A DNA stretch of 64,000 nucleotides from assembly GCF_006345805.1 (NCBI RefSeq), contig NC_043004.1, positions 89,528,001 to 89,592,000 on the forward strand. The letters run 5' to 3'. Of this stretch, positions 46,194 through 60,443 are shown one piece after another (within the stretch, counting starts at the first letter, position 1; the number at the start of each line of letters is the position of its first letter). The position numbers and the translations under genes were made by a program. The DNA is from Octopus sinensis (lineage: Eukaryota). The notes beneath the pieces were generated by a model. That model saw nothing but the letters and a program-made list of their open reading frames with translations, was not told the origin of the DNA and did no database searches.

Positions 46194-48376
46194 ATGGAGG
46201 AGAAACTGAGTGAGGATCAGTTCCATAAGAAAAGACAAAGTGATAATGATGTTTCTCATCAAACAGATAAGACATCATACATGTGTGACATCTGTGGGAA
46301 GTCTTTTAAAGTTAAGAGGTATTTTGTTCGACATCAGTCTGTTCACAAAAGCCAGAAACCATACCATTGTGATATTTGTGGTAAATCATATGCTTTAAAT
46401 AGTAGTTTGTCTAAACATAAACGTAGTCACACTGGAGAGAGACCATACTGTTGTGATATTTGTGGCCACAGTTGCATTTTTAAATTTTCTTTAATTATAC
46501 ACAAACGTACTCACACAGGAGAAAAACCATATGATTGTGATATTTGTGGTAAGAAATTCTCTACTAGTGGTGCTGTAACAACGCATAGAATTATTCATAC
46601 AGGCAACAAACGGAAACTGTGCCAGTGTGACATTTGTGGTAAGACTTTCTCCCAAGATAACAATTTAGTGATACATAAACGTGTTCACACAGGAGAGAAA
46701 CCGTATCATTGTGATATCTGTGGTAAAACTTTCTCTGTTAAATGTTCTTTAACTATACACAGACGTAATCACACTGGAGAAAAACCATACCGGTGTGATA
46801 TCTGTGGTAAAACATTCTCTGGCAGTACTCTGGTATCAACACACAAGCTTACTCACTCAGACAAGAAACCGTACAAATGTGATGTTTGTGACAAAGCATT
46901 TCATCTGAATAGCCTTTTGAATAAACACAAACGTATTCACACAGGTGAGAAACCATATCAGTGTGATATTTGTGGTAAGTCATTCTCACAAACTTCAAAT
47001 TTAAAGGCCCATAAACGTATTCATACAGGAGAAAAACCATATCACTGTGATATTTGTGGTAAAAAGTTCTCTATAAATATACATTTAACTAATCACAAAA
47101 ATAGTCACACTGGGATAAAACGATATCCCTGTGATATTTGTGGTAAAGCATTCTCTCAAAGAGGCAATTTAAAGATTCATCAACTTCTTCATACGGGTGA
47201 AAAACCATATCACTGTGATACATGTGGTAAAAATTTCTCTACAAGTCAGTATTTATCAAATCACAAACGTACTCATGCAGAGGTAAAAACCTGCCACTGT
47301 GATATTTGTGGTAAAGCATTCTCTCGAAATAGGGAGTTATTGATCCATAATCGTATTCACACAGGTGAGAAACCATACCATTGCAATATTTGTGGTAAAT
47401 CTTTCACTACAAATGGTCATTTAACTAAACACAAACGTGTTCATACAGGAGAGAAACCGTACCATTGTGATATCTGTGGTAGAATGTTCTCTGGTAGTTC
47501 TAATTTATTGACCCATAAACGTATTCACTCAGGAGAAAAACCATTCCACTGTGATATTTGTGGTAAAGCATTCTCTCGAAATAGGGAGTTATTGATCCAT
47601 AATCGTATTCACACAGGTGAGAGAAACCATACCATTGCAATATTTGTGGTAAATCTTTCACTACAAATGGTCATTTAACTAAACACAAACGTGTTCATAC
47701 AGGAGAGAAACCGTACCATTGTGATATCTGTGGTAGAATGTTCTCTGGTAGTTCTAATTTATTGACCCATAAACGTATTCACTCAGGAGAAAAACCATTC
47801 CACTGTGATATTTGTGGTAAAAGTTTCACTGTAAGTGGAACCCTATCCAGACACAAACGTATTCACACAGGTGAAAAACCTTACCATTGTGATATTTGTG
47901 GTAAAACCTTCACTGATCATAGTTCCCTGCATTCTCATAAACGTGTTCATACTGGTGATAGGCCATATTGTTGTAATATTTGTGGTAAAACATTCACTGC
48001 CAGTGTTTCATTGTCTGCACACCATATTGCTCATACAGGAGAAAAACCATATGGTTGTGATATCTGTGGTAAATCATTCTCACGATCTTGTAATTTATCG
48101 AGGCATAAGCATCTTCACACAGGAAAGAAACCGTATGATTGTGATTCATGTGAAAAAACTTTCAGTTCTAATTATGATTTAGCCATACACAAACGTATTC
48201 ACACAGGAGAGAAACCATACCCCTGTGATATCTGTGGTAATGCATTTGCTCAGAAGAGTCATCTATTGAGGCATAAACGTATTCACACAGGGGATAAGCC
48301 TTATCACTGTGGTATTTGTAATAAAGCATTCTCTCAACAAAGTACTTTATCAACCCATAAACGCATACACAAATGA
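46194..48376 (+). CDS. Poly-C2H2 zinc-finger gene, copy 5 (22 unique fingers + 3 duplicated; frameshifted at ~47621 as assembled)
   Basis: ATG 46194 has the conserved leader (the ORF track starts at TTG 46185). Frame 1 ends at 47678, and the array continues in another frame to TGA 48376. Confidence 0.85.
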
Positions 48377-49140
48377 GAAACTGTACCTCTGATGTTTTAT
48401 TGTCCTTTTGTGATTAATCTACCTGTAATTTCAATAAATATAGCAATCAAATATTTTTTGACCCAACAAACACAGAATAAGTTTTGTTTCTGTACCTGTA
48501 TATTCATCATCATCTACAATTACAAAATATATTTGTGCTTCCTTCACTAAGTAACTCTCTCATAATAAAGTCAACCATTAAAGAACAGAACTCATTTTGT
48601 ATATTGTGGTTTCAGTATCTTTCTGTCCCAACTTAGTTGAGCCATTACAGACTCACCTTCCATGCAAATTTGTACAAATGTTATCAGCTGTCACCTGGGA
48701 AACTTGAAACTGGAATCTCTCAGTTGTTACTCTGAGACATTAGCTCTTAATAGATCTTATCCCACTTCATTTTATTGAGTATTCCATTTGCTTAATTTCA
48801 TACATATTCATGTACTTAATCATTTAATGTGTCTATATATTTACACACACAAGTCTATTTCATCTTTGCCAGCTGCTTCAAACTTCTTAATGTATTATGC
48901 ACAAGGCAGGTCTACTAAGCTCAAGATTAAATGTTTAAATGCATCAAATGATATTGTTTGTTTCTAGAAATAAATATTTCAGAAATGATAAGGCATCTCT
49001 ACTTTTGAGACATCTGTGAACAATTGAAAAAAATTTCTTTCATTAAATCTTAATAATTATATGTGAAATTTTTTTAAAAGATGCCAGCTCAAAGCCTTGT
49101 GAGTGGATTGAGTACATGGAAACTGGAAGAAGCCTGTTGT

Positions 49141-49222
49141 ATATATGTATATATATATATATATGTATATAGATATATATATATATATATATGTATGTAT
49201 ATATATATATATATATGTATTA

Positions 49223-49255
<33 letters not shown>

Positions 49256-49327
49256 ATATGTATATATATATATGTATATATATATATTATATTATATATA
49301 TGTATATATATAATATGTATATTATTA

Positions 49328-49371
<44 letters not shown>

Positions 49372-49495
49372 ATGTATATATATATATATATAGTATATAT
49401 ATATATATATATGTATATGTATATATATATATATGTATGTTATATATATATATATATATATGTATGTAATATATATGTATATATATTATATATAG

Positions 49496-49532
<37 letters not shown>

Positions 49533-49619
49533 ATATATATATATTATGTATATATATATATTATATATGTATATATATATATATTATATGTATATATATA
49601 ATATATATATGTATATATA

Positions 49620-49650
<31 letters not shown>

Positions 49651-49981
49651 TGTATATATAGGTATATATATAATATATATATGTATATATATATATATAA
49701 TATATATGTATGTATATATATATATATGTATTATATATATATATATATGTATATATATGTATATATATATAATATATATGTATATATATGTATATATATG
49801 TAATATATGTTATATATATATGTATATATTATGTATATATATATAATATATATGTATATATATATATATATATGTTATATATATTATATAGTATATATAT
49901 ATATATATATGTATGTATATATATATTATATATATATAGTATATATATATATATGTATTATGTATATATATATATATATGG

Positions 49982-50014
<33 letters not shown>

Positions 50015-50055
50015 GTATATATATATATGTTATTATATATATGTATATATATATG

Positions 50056-50086
<31 letters not shown>

Positions 50087-50187
50087 GTATATAATATATG
50101 TATTATATATATGTATATATATATGTATATATATATATTGTATATATATATATTATGTATATATATATTATATGTATATATATATTG

Positions 50188-50240
<53 letters not shown>

Positions 50241-50242
50241 TG

Positions 50243-50274
<32 letters not shown>

Positions 50275-50294
50275 ATATAATATATATATATGTA

Positions 50295-50331
<37 letters not shown>

Positions 50332-50381
50332 GTATGTATATATATATATATATTATATATATATAATATATTATATGTATG

Positions 50382-50416
<35 letters not shown>

Positions 50417-50838
50417 GTATGTATATATATTATATATATATGTATGTATGATATATATGTATATAATATATATTATATATATATGTATATATATAATATA
50501 TATATGTATGTATATATATTATGTATATATTATAATATATGTATATATATATATATATGTATATATAATAATATATATGTATTATATATATATGTTATAT
50601 ATATATATGTATATCTATATGTATATATATATGTTATATATATATGTATATATTATATTATATATATATGTATATATTATATATATATAATGTATATATA
50701 TATGTTATTATATATGTATATATATATATGTATATATTATATAATATATATGTATATATATATAGATATATATATATATATTGTATATATATAATATATA
50801 TATGTATATATATATATATATGTATATAATATTATATA

Positions 50839-50870
<32 letters not shown>

Positions 50871-50917
50871 ATGTATGTATTATATATTATATATATATAT
50901 AATAATATATATGTATG

Positions 50918-50951
<34 letters not shown>

Positions 50952-50973
50952 ATATATATGTATGTATATATAT

Positions 50974-51014
<41 letters not shown>

Positions 51015-51042
51015 TATATATTATGTATGTATATATATATAG

Positions 51043-51073
<31 letters not shown>

Positions 51074-51158
51074 ATATTATAATATATATATAGTATGTAT
51101 ATATAGTATATATATATATGTATGTATATATATGTATATATATATATATATATATGTG

Positions 51159-51205
<47 letters not shown>

Positions 51206-51822
51206 ATATATATTATATATATATTATATGTATGATATATATATTGTATATATATATATTATATATGTATGTATATATATATATATGTATGTATATATAT
51301 ATAATATATAATATATGTATGTATATTATAATATATATATATGTATGTATATATATATATATATGTATATATATTATATATATATATTATGTATGTATAT
51401 ATATATATATATATTATATATATATATGTATGTATATATATATATATGATGTATATATATATATATGTATGTATATATATATATGTATATGTATGTATGT
51501 ATATATATATATATGTATATATATGATATATATATATAGTATGTATATATATATATATGTATATATATATGTATAATATATATATGTATGTATATATATA
51601 TATATATGTATATATGTAGTATATATATATATGTATATATATATGATATATATATATATGTATTATATATATATATATTATGTATAATATGTATGTATAT
51701 ATATATATGTATATATATATGTATATATATATTATGTATGTATATATATATATATGTATGTATATATGTATATATATATGTATGTATATATATATGTATG
51801 TATATATATATATATATGTATG

Positions 51823-51855
<33 letters not shown>

Positions 51856-51923
51856 ATATATGTATATATATATATGTATGTATATATATATATTGTATGT
51901 ATATTATATATATATATATGTAT

Positions 51924-51954
<31 letters not shown>

Positions 51955-52680
51955 GTATGTATATATATATATATATGTATGTATATATATATATTATGTA
52001 TATATATATATAGTATGTATATATATATATATGTATGTATATATATATATATGTTATGTATATATATATATATATATATGTATGTATATATATATATATA
52101 TGTGTATATATATATATATATGTATGTATATATATATATATATATGTATGTATTATATATATATGTATGTATGTATATATATATGTATGTATATATATAA
52201 TGTATGTATGTATATATATATATATATGTATGATATATATATATATATATATATATGTATGTTATATATATATATATATATGTTATATATATATGTATGT
52301 ATATATATATATATATGTTATAGTATATATATAATATATGTATGTATATATTATATATATGTATGTATATAATATATATAGTATGTATATATATATATAT
52401 TATGTATGTATATTATATATATATGTATGTATTATATTATATATATATAATATATAATATATATTATATATATATGTATGTATTATATATATATATATGT
52501 ATGTATAATATATATGATATGTATGTATATATATATATATAGATGTATTATAATATATATATGTATGTATATATATATATATGTATGTATATATATATAT
52601 ATATGTATGTATATATATATATATGTATGTATATATTATATATATATATGTATGTATATATATATATATATATATATATT
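49141..52680. repeat. ~3.5-kb (TA)n/(TATG)n simple-repeat array
   Basis: Almost pure TA with G and TT/AA interruptions; begins directly after a family-B SINE head (about 49085-49140). Confidence 0.95.
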
Positions 52681-52830
52681 CATGGAGTGGTTGGCGTTAA
52701 GAAGGGCATCCAGCTGTAGAAACAATGCCAGATCAGACTGGAGCCTGGTGCAGCCCCTGGCTTCCCAGACCCCGGTCGAACCGTCCAACCCATGTTAGCG
52801 CGGAAAATGGACGTTAAATGATGATGATGA
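52681..52830 (+). mobile_element. RTE LINE 3'-end fragment
   Basis: GGAGTGGTTGGCGTTAAGAAGGGCATCCAGCTG...GGACGTTAAATGATGATGATG. Confidence 0.85.
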
Positions 52831-52835
52831 TATAC

Positions 52836-53645
52836 ATATATAAACATCCCATATAGTATGGCAAGACGCATATGCAGCATAGTAACTGACTCATAAACAC
52901 ACCTAGATGAACTTAAAAACTTCCTACTGGAACAAAAATACCCCCTTAAACTAATAAAAAATGGAATCTCAAGAGCAATGAAACTAGACATCACACAACT
53001 CAGGACACTCAAAACAAAAAAACAAAGAAAACATTATCCCTTTCATAAACACACACAACCCTGGAGTTACCAACATGTTTCAAATCATACATTCAAACCT
53101 ACCAATAGTCTTACAAAGCCCCAAAATGGAAAACATATTAAACAAATATTGCTTAAAAAACAGTAGACAACAAGACAAAAACCTGAAGAAACAACTAACA
53201 AGAGCGAAATTCTCATCAGAAACTAAAACTGAACTCTTTGTAAAAGAGTGCGGAGATGGTAGATGTGGGATCTGCAGTAACCCCCACCTACAAATACATA
53301 GAGGGAGACAAAGAAATGAAATTCAAAAGTGGTCATATATTCAAAATAAATGCAGATATGAACTGCAAGACGCAGAACGTAATATACTGCGTAACCTGCC
53401 CCACATGCAAGAAGGATTACATAGGTGAAACTGGAAATTCTTTATGCCAACGAGCCAGAATTCACCGGCAACATGTCCGACAGGAGCAACTGCGCAAGAT
53501 ACCACTGAGTAAACACCTAGATACATGTGGAGAAGAAAAATTTAAGATCTTTCATTTCTACAAATGTCCAAAGAATGACACCTCCTTCAGGAGGAATATG
53601 GAAGAATACTTCATAACTAAGGTCTCCCCCAAATTGAATGGCTGA
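52836..53645 (+). mobile_element. Penelope-like retroelement fragment (RT C-terminal region + GIY-YIG endonuclease), frameshifted
   Basis: INIPYSMARRICSIVTD...LDELKNFLLEQKYP; CGDGRCGIC; VIYCVTCPTCKKDYIGETG...R...H...E-YFI...P.LN. Confidence 0.85.
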
Positions 53646-55299
53646 AAATATCTCTATAATAAGCTGTACTAGATGAAGGACCAAATTTGTAAAGTAAATT
53701 GTATTACACACACAGTTCTACACATATGTTTTGGTTTTTGAAAATGCAACATTGAACAAATGATATTCTAATATTTGAATGAAACCATTTTACTTTAATT
53801 TATAGAACCAGTTACTTCTGTATGATAACATCTGTAACTTTTTCAAGTATGGACCTTATGAAATTTTGCTCATCATACATTGAAGGACAAATCTTTAAAT
53901 TTATAATTTAACAAACATAGTGTAGCATTGAGTACACTGTATATTACTCTACATTATTGTTGATCACCAAAGCAAATTGACTTTTAAAATGTGAATAAAA
54001 CAAACCTGTTTTTGTAATCCAGATTTTCCATCCCATGTAAGCACAGGAATCAAACATTGGATTGAAAGAACTGAATAGTGGTATATCAACACAATTATTT
54101 CTTCTTTCTTCCCTTCTCCAACGACACCCCTTCCAGATTCACAGGCACCCCACCACACACACATGCTCTCTCACTTTTTCCCCATTCATCACCCTCTTGT
54201 ACTATCTTATATCCCTCCCCACCACTACACACTCAATAACACTATAAAATGGTCAACATTTTTCCACAAGAACTTAGTTCAATTTGAAAACTCCAGCAGA
54301 ATGGACGAAAGCGCTAATATATGATATAAGTTATATGATGTATAACATGTAATATACAAATAAATACCTGTAAATATAAAACCATCCGAATTTCTGAGTA
54401 CCTCATTTCTTCTAATATAAAATACCTGTACATCATGTCTAAACCTCCTAATATATATATATATATATAAGAGATAATTGAGACCCAAAGGTGTCAGGTA
54501 GTGCTGAATAAGTGCTATAGACAGACTATAGTTAAGTTCAAGATTCGGTAATTTTGCAAATAAAGAGTTCAACGTTGGTTCTATGTCAGCATGTGTATTG
54601 ATTGATTCTAGTTTCAGCTTATGAGCTGTGGCCATGCTGGGGCACCGCCATTAAGAATTTTTTGCGTAATAAGATAAAAAATTCTTATATACTATATATA
54701 TATATATATATATATTTCTATGTGTGTGTCTGTTTCCCATCCTTCACCATTGCTTGACAACCTATGTGGGTGTATTTGTGTCTCCCGTAACTTAGCAGTT
54801 CGACAAAAGTGGCCAATAGAATAAATACTAGGCTTATAAAGAATAAGTCTCAGGGCCGATTTCTTCGACTAAAACCCTTCAAGGTGGTGCTCCAGCATGG
54901 CCACAGTCAACTGACTTAAACAAGTAAAAGAATAATACAGAGCTGTTGGATGGAAATTTCCATGTAAGTCCTTTTTGCTGTTTCTACTTATTTTTGAAAT
55001 CTGAAAACAGCACAAAGCCCTTACACAAAATGTTTCCTTCCATCAGGTTTCAGAATCAGGTATTTTTTCATTATAGATTTCTTTTAAACAATAATTTCAG
55101 AAAATCTGTTTCCAAATATTGTGACAGTATCAAAAAATTTGTCTGAAAACTTTTTTTGACATATCTGTATTTGCTTCCCTGTCATATGATTCTAGGTTCA
55201 CTCCCACCGTATGCTACCTTGGGAAAGTGTCTTCTCTTATATCCCTGGGCTGACCAAAGCCTTGTGAGGGTTTTTGGTGGATGGAAACTGAAAGAATTA

Positions 55300-55530
55300 A
55301 GGCAGCGAGCTGGCAGAAACGTTAGCATGCCGGGGGAAATGCTTAGTGGTATTTCATCTGCCATTAAGTTCTGAGTTCAAATTCCACCGAGTTGACTTTG
55401 CCTTCATCCTTTTGGGGTCGATAAATTGAGTACCAGTTACACACTGGGGCCAATGTAATTGACTTAATCCCTTTGTCTGTCTTTGTTTGTCCCCTCTATG
55501 TTTAGTTCCTTGTGGGCAATAAAGAAATAA
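55300..55530 (+). mobile_element. tRNA-derived SINE (family A)
   Basis: AAGGCAGCGAGCTGGCAGAAACGTTAGC...GTTCAAATTCC...GACTTTGCCTTCATCC. Confidence 0.8.
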
Positions 55531-56029
55531 GAAACTGAAAGAATCCAATCATATATGTGTGTATGTACTTAACATTGTGTGACAGTTGTAAAATGATTGT
55601 CACTCTCATACAAGCTGTGTCCCTCATTGCTAATATTGTGCAAGAACATGTAATGGCCATGGGAAAACATTGACAAGTGAATTGGTAAGAAAGTAATTGG
55701 TATCAAGGAAGTGTATAGGAACAGTGACTGTTGCCTCTACATTCCTCACCTCTGCTGTAGCAGCAACTAGAATCTCCAGATTTACAGAAATAGTCTAGGT
55801 AATGTAGGGACTAGAACATGTTCAAACTGCCATGCTGTCCTTCATAAGGTCACTGCAAGTCAAAGTATGTAATGCTGTGGCATAGTATAACAGATTTATG
55901 TGTCATACAGCCATTCAGCAGTTCCCCTGTGTGTCATAAGATTGCTGGAGTAGAGCTGACCTCAAAATAAATTATGAAAACAAAACAGACCTAGATTATG
56001 CAATAGAAATTGCATGTATTAATGCTCTT

Positions 56030-56570
56030 TACAGAATTCAGACATTCTGGGAAATTTCTTTTAAAGATGTTGATAAACATTTTCCCCACTCTAGCAGGTA
56101 TAGTAAGATAGTTAATAGAAATACTGTAAAATTTATATATTTCACTATACCTAATTTAGCAGATATTAACAGCAAGAAACAATACTATTTGCAATAGTGA
56201 ATGTATGTTTATTTATTTAGGTTGTGTTAACCAATTTGACCCTGTTTCTAATAATAAACATCTATCTGGTACCAAAAATCAGGGATGATAATTATACTGT
56301 ATCTTCTCTTAACATTAATATTAATAGATCAGGCCTCTTATGGCAGCATACCTAATAGAATGTGCAACTGTGGGAACTATGACGAATACCCTTTAGATAA
56401 CTACTGTCTGAGAAGTAATATGTTATATAAGTGCTTGGTCAAAATACCTGAAAATGTCGACTATTACATTGGAGCTACTGTTTTTAAACTGAAGATTAGA
56501 TTACTTAACCATGTTTATTCTTTTAAATACAAAAACAAAAGAAAAACAGCACTTCACTGGTCAAGTTCAT
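56030..56570 (+). mobile_element. Second, distinct Penelope-like fragment (GIY-YIG region), degenerate
   Basis: DKHFPHSSRYSKIVNRNTVKFIY..PNL; CNCGNYDEYPLDNYCLRSNMLYKC...YYIGATVFKLKIRLLNH..SF. Confidence 0.7.
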
Positions 56571-56931
56571 CTAAATTGTCATAGGGAGAAATACAGACCA
56601 TTCCATTTTGTTGTCTCTTGTAGGTAGTGTTCTTCATTACAGAAAGCAGTGGGGGAGGGGAGGAAGTCTTTCCTGTGTTCTCTGTTTTGTCCAATTTTCT
56701 AATTTAATTTTTAGTTATTGAAAGTTTATTAAAGTAATTATATTACACAAGAAAAAAAAAAATTGCTGAATGAGCACAAAGAGAAAATTTCCAATTTACA
56801 TCTCAAGTGATTCCCCGAGTTGAATAGAAATTATAACAACTTTCTTTTTGCACAAGAATTGTAAATTTTGGTTTAAAAATAAACATCTCTCTCTTTCACC
56901 CACACACATACATACATACACATTAATATTA

Positions 56932-57067
56932 GGTTGTCCCAAAAGTTCGTAAACACTTGCGAAAATTGAATTTTTACTCGCCAAGAACTAACAAAAACAA
57001 CAAAAATTATTCCTCAAAATAAAGACCATTATTTTCCAAGACTTTCTACGAACTTTTGGGACAACCC
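56932..57067. mobile_element. Tc1/mariner-type MITE
   Basis: GGTTGTCCCAAAAGTTCGTA and TACGAACTTTTGGGACAACCC, flanked by TA. Confidence 0.8.
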
Positions 57068-57621
57068 TATATCTTTAAAAAGAAAACCTATCTATATATA
57101 TATGTGTATTATGGCAAGACTTCTTTTGTACCCCCACCAAACACCTGATTTTTTTAATTTAATTTTTTTTTCTACACAAACTCCCATTTTTGGTTACGGA
57201 GAATACGAATCTGGAAAAATCGGCATTTTGAAACTTTTCCCCCTGACTCCCTAAATTCTTCATTTTAAACTCTTTTTTAGAATTTTTCCCCCACAAAATA
57301 TGCAGAAAAATACAGAGATTCTGATTCTGAAAAAATTTCCCAAAATTTCTCTACTTAGGACTAGGGTTATAGGGTTAGGGTTTTATGGTTATGGTTAGGG
57401 GGAAAAGTGAAAAATGAAGAAATTGGGTAGGGAGGGAGACATCTCAAAATTCTGATTTTTGGCAATTTTCCGCAATCTCTGTATTCAAAAATGTGGGCCT
57501 AATGCAAAGAAACCAACACCATAAAAAAAAAAATTGTGAGATAGTGGGGAGGGGGGTCTTTCTATGTATTATATATATGTGTTTTATATATATATATATG
57601 TATATATGCATATATACATAC

Positions 57622-58876
57622 ATATTATGGCTGCCCCCTCGTTATCGAGTATGGCCATTGCACGAAGCTTAACTGTTTCTGGTGCTGTGATCGAATGTGA
57701 CTTTTTAGCTCAGCTAAAGATCTACAATGTCTTGTACAAAATTGGCAACTAAAACCTTTACCAGTAATAGCTGGCTGTCGTTGTAACTGGGCTTCATGTA
57801 CCTTTGCATGTTGTTTAAGTCCTCCTGCCGAATTACACTCTCTTCCACATGCCCAACAGATATCATTAGTATGGTGTGTTACACCACCACCAATGGCCAG
57901 GTTGTCACTCATCTGTCTCGCTTTATGACTACGAAGATGACTCCTGAGTCCAGCTTTACTGAGGCTGGGTCTTGCACTGACATTGCATGTCAGCATCAAA
58001 GGAAGACCCTTCCCATCTGGAAGTGTAACAGCAATGCCCTTCCTGACATCTCTCCTTACTTTCTCATGTGCAACTTGAGATTTCTCAAAAGTGGCTGTCC
58101 CCTCGTGCTCAATCCTTCTCTGCCTGCCACGATCAATAGCTATGCCTTCCCATGTGTCAGGAGAGATGCAAGCATCTCTTAAGGAAGCCTTCAGCAAGTC
58201 CTTATACCTCTTTTTTGGTTTATGTGGAGGTCATTCTCCTTTAGCTAACTCTCCATAAAAGAGTTGTTTTGGCATCCTTGAATCCTTCATCCTGACCAGA
58301 TGACCACTCCATCTGAGCCTTTGCTTTAACACAAGAGCTTCTATACTTTCACAGTGAGAGCCTTCCATTATTTCAAGATCACTGATGCGGTCCTTCCACT
58401 TAATGCCATAGATCCGTCTGAGGCACATCTGATGGAAACATTCCAGTTGTTTAAGGTGGTATCGATATGTGACCCACGTCTTGCAGGTATAGAGAAGAGA
58501 AGGGAGCACACATGCCTTGTACACCTTTATCTTTATCTTTGTCTTTCTGCATATATTTCGCCGACTCCAGAGGTGCTTTTTTAGCCTTCCGAAAGCAACA
58601 CTTGCTTTCCTAATTCTATATGGAATTTCATCATCCAAATTGCTATATCTATTAATAGTGTTTCCCAGGTAGACAAATTGATCAACTACATCAAGTCGTT
58701 TACCATACACATAGATATTTGGTACACTATACTGCTTACCAGGGGCAGGTTGATGCATGACAACAGTTTTCTTGAGATTGACTGTCAATCCTAAGGCAGT
58801 GCAAGCATCAGAGAATGCATTCAAAATGTGTTGCATATCAATCTCTGTGTGTGCTACTAGCTCACAATCATCTGCA
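57622..58876 (-). mobile_element. 5'-truncated RTE-clade LINE (BovB-like RT) with C-terminal C2H2 fingers
   Basis: ADDCELVAHTEIDMQ...GLTVNLKKT...FVYLG...LLYTCKTW...RLRWSGHLVRM...PKQLFYGEL, then a frameshift into 58197-57625, which carries three C/H finger motifs. The 3' end is GAGGGGGCAGCCATAAT. Confidence 0.9.
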
Positions 58877-59111
58877 TTTATGTACATACTTACATGCATA
58901 CGTATATACATATCTATATGTAGGCACAGGACGTCACAAAATATAAACAACAAAAAATACAAAGTATGACATGGAATAAGGACTTTTTTTTTTGCAAGCA
59001 ACGAAAGAAACCAATGGAAAACAAGACAAGCAACACAAGGAACGACCCTCCATCAGTTGTCGGCTGTTTTTCTAATCCATATTTCGAGCAATTCACGACA
59101 AAGTAAATCTC

Positions 59112-59534
59112 TGGGATCTTTTCGGTTTGAACGGGAGTTTTTTAAAATAATTTCCACGTAACTAAACACTTTTAAACTTCGTATACTGGTAAAATGTGTT
59201 TATAAAACATCTTTTTCTCTTGGCTTTATTGAGAAAATTCTATAGTTTGTAAGATATTTGTTGTTTTTCTTCTTCAATTTCTGCAATTTCAACCAATCAA
59301 TGACGTCTATTGGAGGTGAAAACATTCTGTGCCGTATGAATATGTCCCTCGTTTAAGAAACAGATTGGGTTTAATTTACATTTCTGAAGAAAAAAAGATA
59401 CCCTTCCCCCCATCCCTAATCCTAACCCTAAAACAGATTGAAAGGCAATAGATCGATACTAGGGGCATAATTATGGGTGACAATTTCATATGACACCGCT
59501 AGAAAAAAGTGCCCTTCAAACCGAAAAGATCCCA
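59112..59534. mobile_element. MITE with 20-bp TIRs
   Basis: TGGGATCTTTTCGGTTTGAA and TTCAAACCGAAAAGATCCCA; putative 4-bp TSD TCTC at 59108-59111 and 59535-59538. Superfamily not determined. Confidence 0.8.
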
Positions 59535-59812
59535 TCTCCATAATATATATATATATATATATTACGGAGATGTACTTGCATAGCAAGTGACCTGATCTGA
59601 TATCGTGTGCTGAAACAAAAGAAGTTGCAGCGTAGAAGGTGTATATAAGCCATTTAAAACCGTTAGAATCACTTCAACTTTTAAATTTAGTTTGCCAAAA
59701 TATTTTCGTCGCTCAGAGACCGCGACCTGTTCACTGACAAAATTCCGACATGCATATGAGTGTGTGTGCGTGTGTGTGTATCCATATCCAGAATTCCCTT
59801 CATATAATCTGT

Positions 59813-59941
59813 AAACATCCGGTTCCGGTAACCAAAGATCGATTCCTGTTTCTGGCTGCTGAATTGTCTATTCTTCTCTTGTGTTCAATTCTTATAAGAT
59901 TAACCCTCCACACCTGAATACCCCTCTTAAGAAAGGTACGA
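59813..59941 (+). promoter_or_regulatory. Conserved module A of ZNF copy 6
   Basis: AAACATCCGGTTCCGG at 59813 and AAG|GTACGA with GT at 59936. Downstream sequence aligns with 28990-29360. Confidence 0.6.
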
Positions 59942-60270
59942 AGAATACAGCACTTTGTTTATGTCTCCAATTATATAGTCTGATATAATATATTTCACCT
60001 TCCTTTTGTCTCTACACATCTTCTCTCACAAACATTCGTACACAGATACACATGTATATATACTCTGCACATATATATTTCCTGGGTTTTTCATAGAAAT
60101 ACGTAAACGCCCCAATATACACTGTCAGACTTGACAGACTTCGACAAGAGTCTTCCTCTGCGATGTTGTCCGATTTTAATTGTTTACGTTTTACTGTTTA
60201 CTCTGTTTACGTTCAATATATTACAGTGAAATAATTTGTAATTCCCAGACAGCACATGTTATTGCGATAT

Positions 60271-60443
60271 GAAAATACCGATTCCAGTGTGAGCACTTTT
60301 CAGTTAAACATGTTTTAATTAGAAGAGAATAATGTATCTTGAAATAGTGATAATAGTGTCGCTGAGAGGACTTTATTAGTCGGTGCTAATGCGAAGTCAA
60401 TATAAAGACCTTCACCCGAGAACAAAAAAACAAAAACCCAGCC
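60271..60443 (+). promoter_or_regulatory. 5' half of conserved module B of ZNF copy 6
   Basis: GAAAATACCGATTCCAGTGTGAGCAC...AATAATGTATCTTGAAA...AAAAACCCAGCC, after which homology stops at a repeat. Confidence 0.55.

Noticed and set aside
947-48353. Antisense and alternate-frame ORFs overlapping the ZNF genes
   Set aside because: They are by-products of the 84-bp periodic finger code, with no independent coding signal.
49081-52800. Many long Y/I/M/C-rich ORFs (also at 18700-19145, 29620-30020, 43336-43631)
   Set aside because: They are translations of (TA)n/(TG)n microsatellites, which lack stops in some frames.
54279-54635. 118-aa minus-strand ORF
   Set aside because: It spans a SINE end and a (TA)n tract, and no domain is recognised.
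57361-57400. TTAGGG-like interstitial telomere (also CCTAA at 59415-59430)
   Set aside because: Only 2-3 degenerate units, embedded in repeat elements.
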